Assembly (NCBI GenBank): GCA_017484125.1
Contig: JAFUTV010000027.1
Location: 10,375 to 74,374 of the forward strand
Direction: 5' to 3'
Length of the DNA: 64,000 nt
Source: Bacilli bacterium
GTDB lineage: Bacteria > Bacillota_I > Bacilli_A > RF39 > UBA660
In this document: piece by piece, positions 51,795 to 61,291 of the stretch
How positions within the stretch are numbered: position 1 is the stretch's first letter
Layout of the letters: each line of letters starts with the position of its first letter
Translations under genes and position numbers: made by a program
Notes under the pieces: model-generated
Seen by the model: the letters and a program-made list of their open reading frames with translations, nothing else
What the model was told of the DNA's origin: nothing
Databases searched by the model: none

Positions 51795-53411
51795 ATGGAT
51801 TATAAAGTATTATATAGAAAATATAGACCACAAGATTTTGATTCTATTGTTGGCCAGGAATATACAATTAAACTATTAAAAAATTCTATTAAAGAAAATA
51901 AAATATCACATGCATATATTTTTACTGGACCAAGAGGTACAGGAAAAACAAGTACAGCAAAAATTTTTTCTAAAGCAATTAATTGTACAAATTCTAAAGA
52001 TGGAAATCCATGTAATAAATGCGATATTTGTAAAAGTAGTAATGAAAATCCAGATATAATTGAGATTGATGCTGCTTCAAATAATAGTGTAGATGATGTT
52101 AGAGAACTTATAGAAAATTCTAGATTAGCTACTTCAATATCAAAATATAAAGTATATATAATTGATGAATTTCATATGTTATCTACAAGTGCTTTTAATG
52201 CATTATTATTAACTTTAGAAGAACCACCAAAAAATGTCGTTTTTATACTTGCTACTACTGATATACAAAGTGTGCCTATTACAGTATTATCAAGGTGTCA
52301 AAGATTTGATTTTAAGCCTATTTCAAATGAAGATATAGTAAATAGACTAAAATATGTTTGTGATAAAGAAAAAATTAGTATTGATGAAGAAGCAATTAAA
52401 GAAATAGCCTATATGTCAAATGGCGGTCTAAGAGATGCATTAAGTATTTTAGATCAAGTTGCTGCAACCAATAATAAAATAACGGTTGATGATATTATAA
52501 ACAATTTTGGCTCAGTTTCTACAAAAAAAATTGATGAATTAGTTAAAAATATTGCAAATAATGATGTATCGAATATTATTGAAAATATTAATAAATTTAG
52601 AAATTCAGGAGTTGATTATAGAATCTTGTCTGTAAAATTAATTGAAGCACTTAAAGATGAATTAATTAATTTAAGAATGGGTAAATCAAAGTATGAGTTT
52701 GAATTTAATAATATTTATGACTTGATATTAGAAATAAGTAATTCAATAAGTTCTTATAAAAGTTCAATAGATCCATATATATTTATTGAAATTACTATAT
52801 TAAAATATATTAATGTTTCACGTGAAACATTGAATACTTCATCCAAAATTGAGTTAAACCAAGATGAAATTAATGTAAATAAAAACATAATTGAGGAAAA
52901 TAATAATATTGATACAAATAATAATACAAACAAATGTTCGTATAATTTAGACATAAGAGTAAATAATTGTTTTGCAAATGCCAAAAGAAAATATTTGGAT
53001 GAAATAAAAACAAAGTGGGATGATTTCTTAATATATGAATCAAACGCAAATAAAAAAATAATGTCTTACATAGTTGATACAGACATTGTAGCATCTTCAG
53101 ATAAGTATTCAATACTGACTAATAATTTAGCATCTACTGCAGAATTAATTAATGAGAATATCGAATCGTTAGAACAAGATTTTAAAATTTTTTATGGGTT
53201 GGAACATAAATTTATATGTTTGTCTCAAAAAAAATGGGAAGAATGTAAAGAAAAATATGTTTTTAATATTAAAAATAACGTAAAATATAGTATAATAGAT
53301 GAAGTAGAAGAAAATTCTAAATCTGATGTTGATAAACAGGAAATGGATAACAATGATGAATTAGAAAAACTAGCTGCTGAAATATTTGAAGACAATGTTG
53401 AAATTAGATAG
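51795..53411 (+). CDS. dnaX: DNA polymerase III subunit tau/gamma
   Basis: Walker A GPRGTGKTS and zinc module CNKCDICK. Clamp-loader domains I-III plus a variable C-terminal region. Confidence 0.9.
   Translation: MDYKVLYRKYRPQDFDSIVGQEYTIKLLKNSIKENKISHAYIFTGPRGTGKTSTAKIFSKAINCTNSKDGNPCNKCDICKSSNENPDIIEIDAASNNSVDDVRELIENSRLATSISKYKVYIIDEFHMLSTSAFNALLLTLEEPPKNVVFILATTDIQSVPITVLSRCQRFDFKPISNEDIVNRLKYVCDKEKISIDEEAIKEIAYMSNGGLRDALSILDQVAATNNKITVDDIINNFGSVSTKKIDELVKNIANNDVSNIIENINKFRNSGVDYRILSVKLIEALKDELINLRMGKSKYEFEFNNIYDLILEISNSISSYKSSIDPYIFIEITILKYINVSRETLNTSSKIELNQDEINVNKNIIEENNNIDTNNNTNKCSYNLDIRVNNCFANAKRKYLDEIKTKWDDFLIYESNANKKIMSYIVDTDIVASSDKYSILTNNLASTAELINENIESLEQDFKIFYGLEHKFICLSQKKWEECKEKYVFNIKNNVKYSIIDEVEENSKSDVDKQEMDNNDELEKLAAEIFEDNVEIR
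52813..52830. repeat. 18-bp perfect palindrome ATGTTTCACGTGAAACAT (copy 4), inside the dnaX coding sequence
   Basis: Exact copy. Encodes NVSRET at about codons 340-345 of dnaX. Confidence 0.8.
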
Positions 53412-53422
53412 GAGAGATAATT

Positions 53423-53722
53423 ATGAATATGCAAAGTTTAATGGCTCAAGCTCAAAAAATGCAAAAAGATATAATGAATAAAAAATCAGAGGTTGATAAA
53501 AAAATATTTCCCGGGAAATCAGAATTGGTTGATGTGGAAGTTAATGGAAAGAAAGAAGTTGTTTCTGTAAATATTAAAAATAAAGAAAATATAACAGTTG
53601 ATGATTTAGAAATTTTACAAGATATGATTATGATTGCAATTAATGATGCAAATAATAAGGTTGATGAAGAATTAAATTCCGTAATGGGCCCATATGGTAA
53701 TTCTTTAAATGGTTTATTATGA
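53423..53722 (+). CDS. ybaB: Nucleoid-associated protein YbaB/EbfC
   Basis: MNMQSLMAQAQKMQKDI... canonical YbaB. 99 aa. Confidence 0.85.
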   Translation: MNMQSLMAQAQKMQKDIMNKKSEVDKKIFPGKSELVDVEVNGKKEVVSVNIKNKENITVDDLEILQDMIMIAINDANNKVDEELNSVMGPYGNSLNGLL

Positions 53723-54327
53723 TTTATCCTGATAGTTTAGAAAAAGCAATTACATATTTTAAAAAGTTGCCTGGCGTTGGTGAAAAAAGTGCTGAAAGAA
53801 TGGCACTATCAATACTTGATATGGATGATGAGGTAGTACAAGAATTATCAGAATCTATACTATTATGCAAAAATAAATTAAAAAAATGTAAAATTTGTGC
53901 ATCTCTTACAGAAAATGAAATATGTGATGTTTGTTCAAAAGCAGATAATGGATATAGAAATAAGAATATTATTTGTGTTTTAGAAGATCCGAAGAGTGTA
54001 TTTGCTTTTGAAAGAGCAGGCAAATTTGAAGGTACTTATCACATACTAAATGGATTAATATCACCAATTGATGGGATTGGACCAGACGACATAAATTTAT
54101 CAAGTCTTGTTCAAAGAGTAAAAGAATTGAAAAATCCTGAGATAATTATTGCTTTAAAATCAACAATCGAAGGCGAAGCAACTACCTTATATATTAAGAA
54201 AATATTTGAAAATAATAATGTTATAGTTTCAAGATTATCCTATGGTATTCCTATGGGTGTTGAAATAGATTATTTAGATGAGCAAACTTTATTTAATGCA
54301 TTAAATGATAGAAAAAATTTATCATAA
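53719..54327 (+). CDS. recR: Recombination protein RecR
   Basis: HhH (LPGVGEKSAERMA), C4 zinc finger (CKICASL...CDVC) and Toprim. Confidence 0.9.
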   Translation: MIYPDSLEKAITYFKKLPGVGEKSAERMALSILDMDDEVVQELSESILLCKNKLKKCKICASLTENEICDVCSKADNGYRNKNIICVLEDPKSVFAFERAGKFEGTYHILNGLISPIDGIGPDDINLSSLVQRVKELKNPEIIIALKSTIEGEATTLYIKKIFENNNVIVSRLSYGIPMGVEIDYLDEQTLFNALNDRKNLS

Positions 54328-54352
54328 ATATTTAAAATAAATATATAATTAA

Positions 54353-54550
54353 TTGGTGATATTTATAAAAATAATTATTAATGTTTTAAAAAGGGTAATA
54401 TATTCATTTTTACTATTATTTAGTTTAAATATTAGTATAAAGTCCTTTGGTATAATTATACCGATTAATATTGCAAATATTTTAGTTACGACACTTTTAG
54501 GTGTTCCTGGACTAATATGTTTATTTTTAATTAAAATATTAATGTTTTAG
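54353..54550 (+). CDS. bofA: Pro-sigma-K processing inhibitor BofA-like small membrane protein
   Basis: C-terminal ...IPINIANILVTTLLGVPGLICLFLIKILMF resembles B. subtilis BofA ...VPINLVTTAISGILGIPGIAALVVIKQFII. Non-ATG start (TTG/GTG). Conserved position after recR. Confidence 0.5.
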   Translation: MVIFIKIIINVLKRVIYSFLLLFSLNISIKSFGIIIPINIANILVTTLLGVPGLICLFLIKILMF

Positions 54551-54559
54551 GAGATATGT

Positions 54560-55345
54560 ATGGCAGTAGCAAATAAACTTGAATTTATATTAAAACAAAA
54601 TGAGAATAATAAACTTTCTCATGCTTTTTTGATTGAAACAAATAATATTAATTTATGTTTAGAAGATTTAAAGAAAGTTATAGCCATAATTAATAAAACT
54701 AGTGATTATGATGAAAAATATTTGGAAAATTTAATAAATATAGGAAATTTACCCTCATTAGAAATTATCCAGCCAGATGGTTTAGTAATAAAAAAGTTTC
54801 AAATGGAAGATCTTGAAAAAAAATTTAGTACAAAGCCAATATATTCAAAATATAATAATTATATTATTGTTAATGCTGATAAATTAAATGAATCGGCAAG
54901 TAATGCTATATTAAAATTTTTAGAAGAACCTGAAGATAATATTATTGGATTTTTAATTGTTAATAATAAAGAGAATGTTTTACCAACAATAAAAAGTAGA
55001 TGTGAAATATTTAAAGTAAAATATGATGAGAAAAATAGCTTTGATGATCAATTAATAGATATTTCTAAAGAGTATTGTGAAATGATATTTAATAGTAACG
55101 ATTATCTTGTTAATAAAAAACTAATATTATCTAATTATAATGATAAAGATACTATTGAAAAAATACTTTTAATTATGTTTGATAAATATTATAATATGTA
55201 CTTAGAAAATTTAAATGTTTCTGAAAAATATATAAAATATAAACAAATAATAGATATTATAAAGAATAAAATTGATTTATTACAAAATAATGTTAATATT
55301 GAATTGTTATTAGATAGTTTAGTTATAGAATTGAGGAGAGTATAA
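54560..55345 (+). CDS. holB: DNA polymerase III delta-prime subunit
   Basis: HAFLIE, LKFLEEPEDN and SRCEIFK motifs of the clamp-loader delta-prime subunit. Confidence 0.8.
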   Translation: MAVANKLEFILKQNENNKLSHAFLIETNNINLCLEDLKKVIAIINKTSDYDEKYLENLINIGNLPSLEIIQPDGLVIKKFQMEDLEKKFSTKPIYSKYNNYIIVNADKLNESASNAILKFLEEPEDNIIGFLIVNNKENVLPTIKSRCEIFKVKYDEKNSFDDQLIDISKEYCEMIFNSNDYLVNKKLILSNYNDKDTIEKILLIMFDKYYNMYLENLNVSEKYIKYKQIIDIIKNKIDLLQNNVNIELLLDSLVIELRRV

Positions 55346-56124
55346 TGATAAATTATTATGGTGTTACCTTTAAAGATGATGGTAAAGTATATTATTTTAA
55401 GACTGAAGAAATAGAATGTCCTTTGAATGTAACAGTAATTGTGGAAACTGAAAAGGGTTTACAATTTGGTAAAGTAGTTTCTAAAGTAGAAAAAATTAAG
55501 GGAATTGATAAAGATTCTATTAAAGATATAATTAGAATATCTACAAAAGAAGATTATAATCAATATTTAAAAAATATAAAAGATGCTAAGGAAGCTATTT
55601 CATATGCTAATAATTGTATTAATGATTTAGAATTAAATATGAACATAATTGATGCATCATTTACTTTTGATAGAAAACAATTAATAATTAGTTTTATATC
55701 AGATGAAAGAGTTGATTTTAGAGAATTAGCTAAAATGTTAGCTGGAAAGTATCATACTAGAATAGAATTAAGACAAGTAGGTGCAAGAGATAAAGCAAAA
55801 AAAGTTGGAGGCATTGGTATTTGTGGAAAAGAACTATGCTGTAAACAATTTTTAAATTCTATGCAATCTGTAACTATTAATATGGCAAAAAATCAAAATA
55901 TAGCACTGAATCCATCCAAAATTAATGGTAGCTGTGGAAGATTACTTTGTTGCTTAAATTATGAAGATGAAGAATATAGAAAATGTTTAAATGGTATGCC
56001 AAATGTTGGTCAAGTTGTTAAAACACCATTTGGAGAAGGAAATGTAATTTCTCTTGATATATTAAATAGAAAGTATAAAGTATCAGTAAATAATGATATA
56101 AAAGAAATTGAGTTGGATAAATAA
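55345..56124 (+). CDS. ricT: PSP1-domain protein YaaT/RicT
   Basis: Cys-rich C-terminal part CGKELCCKQF...GSCGRLLCC. Follows holB as in Bacillus. Confidence 0.8.
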   Translation: MINYYGVTFKDDGKVYYFKTEEIECPLNVTVIVETEKGLQFGKVVSKVEKIKGIDKDSIKDIIRISTKEDYNQYLKNIKDAKEAISYANNCINDLELNMNIIDASFTFDRKQLIISFISDERVDFRELAKMLAGKYHTRIELRQVGARDKAKKVGGIGICGKELCCKQFLNSMQSVTINMAKNQNIALNPSKINGSCGRLLCCLNYEDEEYRKCLNGMPNVGQVVKTPFGEGNVISLDILNRKYKVSVNNDIKEIELDK

Positions 56125-56828
56125 TGGAAATTGTAAAAAATGATTTATTTGATTATGGATTAGAAATATTTCAGGATAAGGATGCCTTTAAATTTTCTTT
56201 GGATTCAATTTTATTAGCTGAATTTGTTGAAATAAAAAAAGATGTTAAAACTATAGTTGATTTTTGTTCAGGAAATGGTGCCGTTCCATTAATTTTATCT
56301 ACAAAATTTGATGCAAAAATACTTGGATTTGAAATACAAAAAAGTCCTTATAAACTTGCATTTAATTCTATTAAACTAAATGGTTTAGATGATAAGATAA
56401 AAATGATTAATGATAATTTAAATAATGCATTAGAGTATATTTTGCCCGAAACTGTAGATATTATTACTTGTAACCCACCGTACTTTAAATATAAAAAAGA
56501 ATCTAATATAAATGAAGTAGAAGAAAAAGCAATAGCAAGGCATGAAATTGAAACTAATTTAGATAGTATTTTGATGTCTGCTAAGTATATATTAAAAAAT
56601 AAAGGAACATTATACATGGTCCATAGACCTGAAAGACTACAGGAAATTATTAATGTTTTTGATAAATATAAATTTGCTATAAAAAAAATGCAGTTTATTT
56701 ATTCTGATTATAAAAAATCATCATTAATGGTTTTAATTAAGGCTACAAAAAATGGTTTGGAAGGAATGAAAGTTAATCCACCTATAAATGTAATGGATTA
56801 CAAAACATATAAGAATATTTTTGAATAG
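56124..56828 (+). CDS. SAM-dependent N6-adenine tRNA methyltransferase (YabB/TrmN6-like)
   Basis: DFCSGNGAV SAM-binding motif and catalytic NPPYF. Confidence 0.7.
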   Translation: MEIVKNDLFDYGLEIFQDKDAFKFSLDSILLAEFVEIKKDVKTIVDFCSGNGAVPLILSTKFDAKILGFEIQKSPYKLAFNSIKLNGLDDKIKMINDNLNNALEYILPETVDIITCNPPYFKYKKESNINEVEEKAIARHEIETNLDSILMSAKYILKNKGTLYMVHRPERLQEIINVFDKYKFAIKKMQFIYSDYKKSSLMVLIKATKNGLEGMKVNPPINVMDYKTYKNIFE

Positions 56829-56838
56829 GAGGTATGCT

Positions 56839-57390
56839 ATGAAATTAATAGTTGGTTTAGGAAACCCTGGAAAAGAATATGAAAATACTCGCCATAATGT
56901 TGGATTTATGGCTCTTGATTATTTCCTGGGAAATATTTCATATAATGAAAAATTTAATGCTTTATATACTAAAGTAAAAATTGATAATGAAGATGTTTTA
57001 TTTATTAAACCACTTACATACATGAATTTATCTGGTCAAGCTGTTAGTAGATTTGTTAATTTCTTTAAAATAAGTACTGATGATATATTAATTATTCAAG
57101 ATGATTTAGATCTTCCAACCGCTACAATTAAATTAAAGTACAAAAGTTCATCTGGAGGTCACAATGGTATTAAATCAATTATTAATGAATTAAATACTGA
57201 TGAAATTCCTAGGTTAAAGATTGGAATATCTAATAATAAATTAATTAGTACAAAAGATTATGTATTAAATAGATTTTCTAAGGATGAATTACATGAATTA
57301 GAAAATGTATTTCCACAAGTTAAAGATATTATTAATTTATTTATTAAAACTAATATTAATGAATGTATGTCAAAATATAATAGTAGGTAA
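56839..57390 (+). CDS. pth: Peptidyl-tRNA hydrolase
   Basis: MKLIVGLGNPGKEYENTRHNVGF. RBS AGGAGG. Confidence 0.9.
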   Translation: MKLIVGLGNPGKEYENTRHNVGFMALDYFLGNISYNEKFNALYTKVKIDNEDVLFIKPLTYMNLSGQAVSRFVNFFKISTDDILIIQDDLDLPTATIKLKYKSSSGGHNGIKSIINELNTDEIPRLKIGISNNKLISTKDYVLNRFSKDELHELENVFPQVKDIINLFIKTNINECMSKYNSR

Positions 57391-60300
57391 TGATTATGAA
57401 TTTTTTGAAAGACATATTTAAATATGAAAATAATAGTGAAGTAATAGGTTTAACTGAAGAGTTAAACGCTTTTTACGTTCTTAATAGATTTAATAGTAAT
57501 AATGAAAATGTCTTAGTTGTTGCTAGTTCTTTATATCAAGCTAATATATTTTATGAAAAACTACTTTCTTATACTGATAAAGTATTTTTATTTCCAATGG
57601 ATGATTTTATTACATCTATTGCCTTAGCAATGTCACCAGAATTAAAATTAAAAAGATTAGAAACTTTAAAAAAAATAGAATCTAAAGATAAATTAATAGT
57701 AGTCACTAATTTAATGGGATATTTGAGATTTTTAACTAATGTATCTGAATCAGAAAAATTAAAATTGTTACTTCATAAAAATAAATCTATTAATAGAGAT
57801 AAACTAATTAACTTACTAGATGAATTTGGATATAATAGAGAATCTTTAGTTACAACAACTGGAACTTATGCCATAAGAGGATTTGTATTTGATATATTTA
57901 TCGTTGAAGAAGAACATCCAATTAGATTAGAATTTTTTGGCGATGAAATTGAATCCATAAGATATTTTGATGAATCAACTCAATTGTCAATAAAAGAAAT
58001 AGATAATATATTGTTACTTCCAAATAAAGAAATATCTACTGATAAAAAAAGTTCTATTTATGACTATTTAAACAATCCATATGTATTTATGCTTGATGAA
58101 AAAATGATTTTTGATGAATATAATAAAATTAAATCAGATATAAAATCATATCAAGAAGATAACAATTCAGATGAAAAATATATGTTTGATATAGATGATA
58201 TAAGAATAAAAAATGTTATTTATTTAAATCATATAGAAAATAAAGAACATAAAGTAATTAGATATCAATCAAATTCTATTACTAATTTTAATTCAAATTT
58301 TGAATTACTAGAAAGTTTTATTCAAAAAAAATTGAAAAATAAAACTATTATATTTTATTTATCAAGAATTAAAGAAGTAGATCAGATTACAAAAATGTAT
58401 CCTGTTGTTAATATTTGTAATAATGATAATGAAATAAAAAGAAATAAAGTAAATATTGTTAAAAAAAGTATTAATGCTGGATTTGAAATTGAAGACTTTG
58501 TTGTTATTTCTGAATATGATATAGAAATGAGTAAACAAAGAAAAATCAAATATAAAACTAATCTAAAAATTGGAACTAAACTAAAAAGTTTTGATGAACT
58601 AGAAGTTGGTGATTATGTTGTTCATTACAAACATGGTATAGGAATTTATGGTGGTATTACAACCTTATCCAAAAATTGTGTTTTTAAAGATTATTTAGTA
58701 ATTAATTATTTGAATAACGATAAAGTATACGTTCCAGTAGAAAAAATAGAAACCATTTTTAAATATGTATCAAAGGATGGTACAACTCCAAGGATAAATA
58801 AACTAAATTCTCTTAGTTGGGAAAAGACTAAAATGTCTTTAAAGAAAAAAATTCATGATATATCAAAAGAACTATTAGAATTATATGCAAAAAGAGCTAG
58901 TATTAAAGGACCTACTTTTGAATATTATGATTTAGAGGATAGTTTTGCCAAGGATTTTGAATACTTATTAACTCCTGATCAAGAAAAATCTATTAATGAT
59001 ATTATTAAAGATTTATCAAGTCCAGTACCTATGGATAGGTTACTTTGTGGTGATGTAGGATTTGGTAAAACAGAGGTTGCATTTAGAGCAATGATTAGAA
59101 CAATACTAAATTCAAAACAAGTGGCATATTTATGTCCTACTACCATTTTATCTAAACAACAATATGATAATGCAATTGATAGATTTAAAAATTTTCCTGT
59201 AAACATTGCAATATTAAATAGATTTACTACACCTAAATCAGTGAAAGAAATTATTGATGGGTTAGAAAAGGGAAGTATAGATATAGTAATTGGAACTCAT
59301 AGATTGCTTAGTAAAGATGTTAAATTTAAAAATTTAGGTTTATTAATAGTTGATGAAGAACAAAGATTTGGTGTTACTCATAAAGAAAGAATAAAAGAAA
59401 TTAAAAATGATGTTAATGTTTTAACACTTTCTGCTACTCCAATACCTAGAACATTAAAGATGGCATTATCTGGTCTTAGAGATTTATCAATTATTGATAC
59501 TCCACCTGTTAATAGATATCCTGTTCAAACTTATGTTTTACAAGAGCAAGATGTTGTTATTAAAGATGCTATTTATAAAGAAATGACTAGAAATGGTCAA
59601 GTATTTATCTTATATAATCGAGTTGAAACAATTGAACAAAAAGTAAGACAAATAATGAATTTAGTACCTGAAGCTAGAGTTTGTTATGCTCATGGACAAA
59701 TGAATAAAATTGAACTAGAAAATGTAATGCAAGATTTTATAGATTATAAATATGATATTCTTGTTTGTACAACAATTATTGAAACTGGTATTGATATGCC
59801 TAATGTTAATACACTAATTATATATGATGCTAATAATTATGGACTTAGCCAACTTTATCAGCTTAGAGGAAGGGTTGGAAGATCTAATAAAGTTGCATAT
59901 GCATATTTAATGTATAGTAAAAATAAGATGCTAAATGATATAGCTATTAAGAGATTAGATGCAATAAAAGAATTTACAGAATTAGGTTCTGGTTATCGTA
60001 TTGCAATGAGAGATCTTGCACTTCGTGGAGCTGGAGATATCCTAGGAGATGAACAATCTGGATTTGTTTCAGAAGTAGGATTAGATTTATATATGAAATT
60101 AGTAGATGAAGAATTAAAGAGATTGAAGGGTGAAGAAGTTGAAGAACTTGATGATGATAAAGATAATTCACTAATCGATGTTAATACACATATTGATGAT
60201 TCATATGTTAGTGATGAAGCACTTAAAATAGAAATACATCATAAGATTAATGAAATTGATAGTTATGAGAAACTAATTGAAATTAAAAATGAATTACAAG

Positions 60301-60617
60301 ATAGATTTGGTAAGATTTCTGATGATATTGAAACTTATATGTATGAAGAATGGTTTGAAAAACTTGCTAAAAAGATAGGTATTGATAAAGTTATTCAACA
60401 ACGTCTATTTATTGAAATTGTTTTAAATAGCGAAATTGTAAGTAAAATTAAGTTTGATAAGTTATTTATTCAAGCATACGATATTTGTTCTAAATTTACC
60501 TTTAAAACAGCTAATAATAGTGTAATAATTCATTTAAATATTGGAAATTTAGATAAACACTTTATCTATTATTTAGTTCCTTTATTAAACCTTATTTTAG
60601 AAGAATTAGAAAAATAG
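57390..60617 (+). CDS. mfd: Transcription-repair coupling factor
   Basis: UvrB-homology N-domains, RNAP-interacting domain, SF2 translocase (CGDVGFGKTEVA, DEEQRFG) and a TRG motif. Confidence 0.9.
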   Translation: MIMNFLKDIFKYENNSEVIGLTEELNAFYVLNRFNSNNENVLVVASSLYQANIFYEKLLSYTDKVFLFPMDDFITSIALAMSPELKLKRLETLKKIESKDKLIVVTNLMGYLRFLTNVSESEKLKLLLHKNKSINRDKLINLLDEFGYNRESLVTTTGTYAIRGFVFDIFIVEEEHPIRLEFFGDEIESIRYFDESTQLSIKEIDNILLLPNKEISTDKKSSIYDYLNNPYVFMLDEKMIFDEYNKIKSDIKSYQEDNNSDEKYMFDIDDIRIKNVIYLNHIENKEHKVIRYQSNSITNFNSNFELLESFIQKKLKNKTIIFYLSRIKEVDQITKMYPVVNICNNDNEIKRNKVNIVKKSINAGFEIEDFVVISEYDIEMSKQRKIKYKTNLKIGTKLKSFDELEVGDYVVHYKHGIGIYGGITTLSKNCVFKDYLVINYLNNDKVYVPVEKIETIFKYVSKDGTTPRINKLNSLSWEKTKMSLKKKIHDISKELLELYAKRASIKGPTFEYYDLEDSFAKDFEYLLTPDQEKSINDIIKDLSSPVPMDRLLCGDVGFGKTEVAFRAMIRTILNSKQVAYLCPTTILSKQQYDNAIDRFKNFPVNIAILNRFTTPKSVKEIIDGLEKGSIDIVIGTHRLLSKDVKFKNLGLLIVDEEQRFGVTHKERIKEIKNDVNVLTLSATPIPRTLKMALSGLRDLSIIDTPPVNRYPVQTYVLQEQDVVIKDAIYKEMTRNGQVFILYNRVETIEQKVRQIMNLVPEARVCYAHGQMNKIELENVMQDFIDYKYDILVCTTIIETGIDMPNVNTLIIYDANNYGLSQLYQLRGRVGRSNKVAYAYLMYSKNKMLNDIAIKRLDAIKEFTELGSGYRIAMRDLALRGAGDILGDEQSGFVSEVGLDLYMKLVDEELKRLKGEEVEELDDDKDNSLIDVNTHIDDSYVSDEALKIEIHHKINEIDSYEKLIEIKNELQDRFGKISDDIETYMYEEWFEKLAKKIGIDKVIQQRLFIEIVLNSEIVSKIKFDKLFIQAYDICSKFTFKTANNSVIIHLNIGNLDKHFIYYLVPLLNLILEELEK

Positions 60618-60669
60618 ATACATACTTATTAAATATTTGTTAAAACTAATTTTGAAATGAGGTATTTTA

Positions 60670-61137
60670 ATGAGTCGTGGTGCAATAAAAAAAATAGATG
60701 AATTAGGAAGAATAGTAATTCCTAAAGATATTAGAAAAAGCTTATCTATTAAAACAAATGATAGTTTAGAAATATGTGTTGTTGGTAATACAATAAACAT
60801 AGAAAAAAACACTTCAATTAAAAATTATAAAGAAATTGCTATATATTATGCTAAATTATTTAGTAAATGTAATATAGAACTATTAGTAACTGATAGAGAA
60901 GAAATAATATATAATAATACTAATATTCCTAATATTGATGTAAAAGGGTTAATAAATCTCTCTTTATATGAATTAATAGAAAAGAAGAAAGATTATTGTT
61001 CAAATTGTGATATAAGACCTATTATAATTGATTCTGTTCCGGAAGGAATAGTTATTATCAATAAGAGTTCATGTAATGAAATTGTAGGTCAATTATTTAA
61101 TATATTGGTTACTACTAATTTAGATATTTCTTGTTAA
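60670..61137 (+). CDS. spoVT: Stage V sporulation protein T (AbrB-N + GAF)
   Basis: SwrB/AbrB-type N-domain IKKIDELGRIVIPKDIRKSLSIKTNDSLEI plus a roughly 100-aa C-terminal domain. Conserved position after mfd. Confidence 0.7.
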   Translation: MSRGAIKKIDELGRIVIPKDIRKSLSIKTNDSLEICVVGNTINIEKNTSIKNYKEIAIYYAKLFSKCNIELLVTDREEIIYNNTNIPNIDVKGLINLSLYELIEKKKDYCSNCDIRPIIIDSVPEGIVIINKSSCNEIVGQLFNILVTTNLDISC

Positions 61138-61140
61138 AAA

Positions 61141-61166
61141 AATATTTCCCGGGAAATATTTTTTTA
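61141..61166 (+). terminator. Rho-independent terminator of spoVT
   Basis: Perfect palindrome AATATTTCCCGGGAAATATT followed by T5. Confidence 0.6.
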
Positions 61167-61291
61167 CATTAATTATATTGATAATTACTGATTTTTGTTT
61201 TATACTTTTTATAGTAGGGGTAGGTGGATTACATAAAAGTTAATTACTTTTGGTTAATTTATACCTACAACTAGTATGAAGGAGGTATAAA

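Noticed and set aside
52754-53434. Three minus-strand ORFs (69-80 aa) inside dnaX.
   Set aside because: Antisense shadow ORFs. dnaX is supported by Walker and zinc motifs.
53724-54023. 99-aa minus-strand ORF inside recR.
   Set aside because: Antisense to recR, which has clear HhH, zinc-finger and Toprim motifs.
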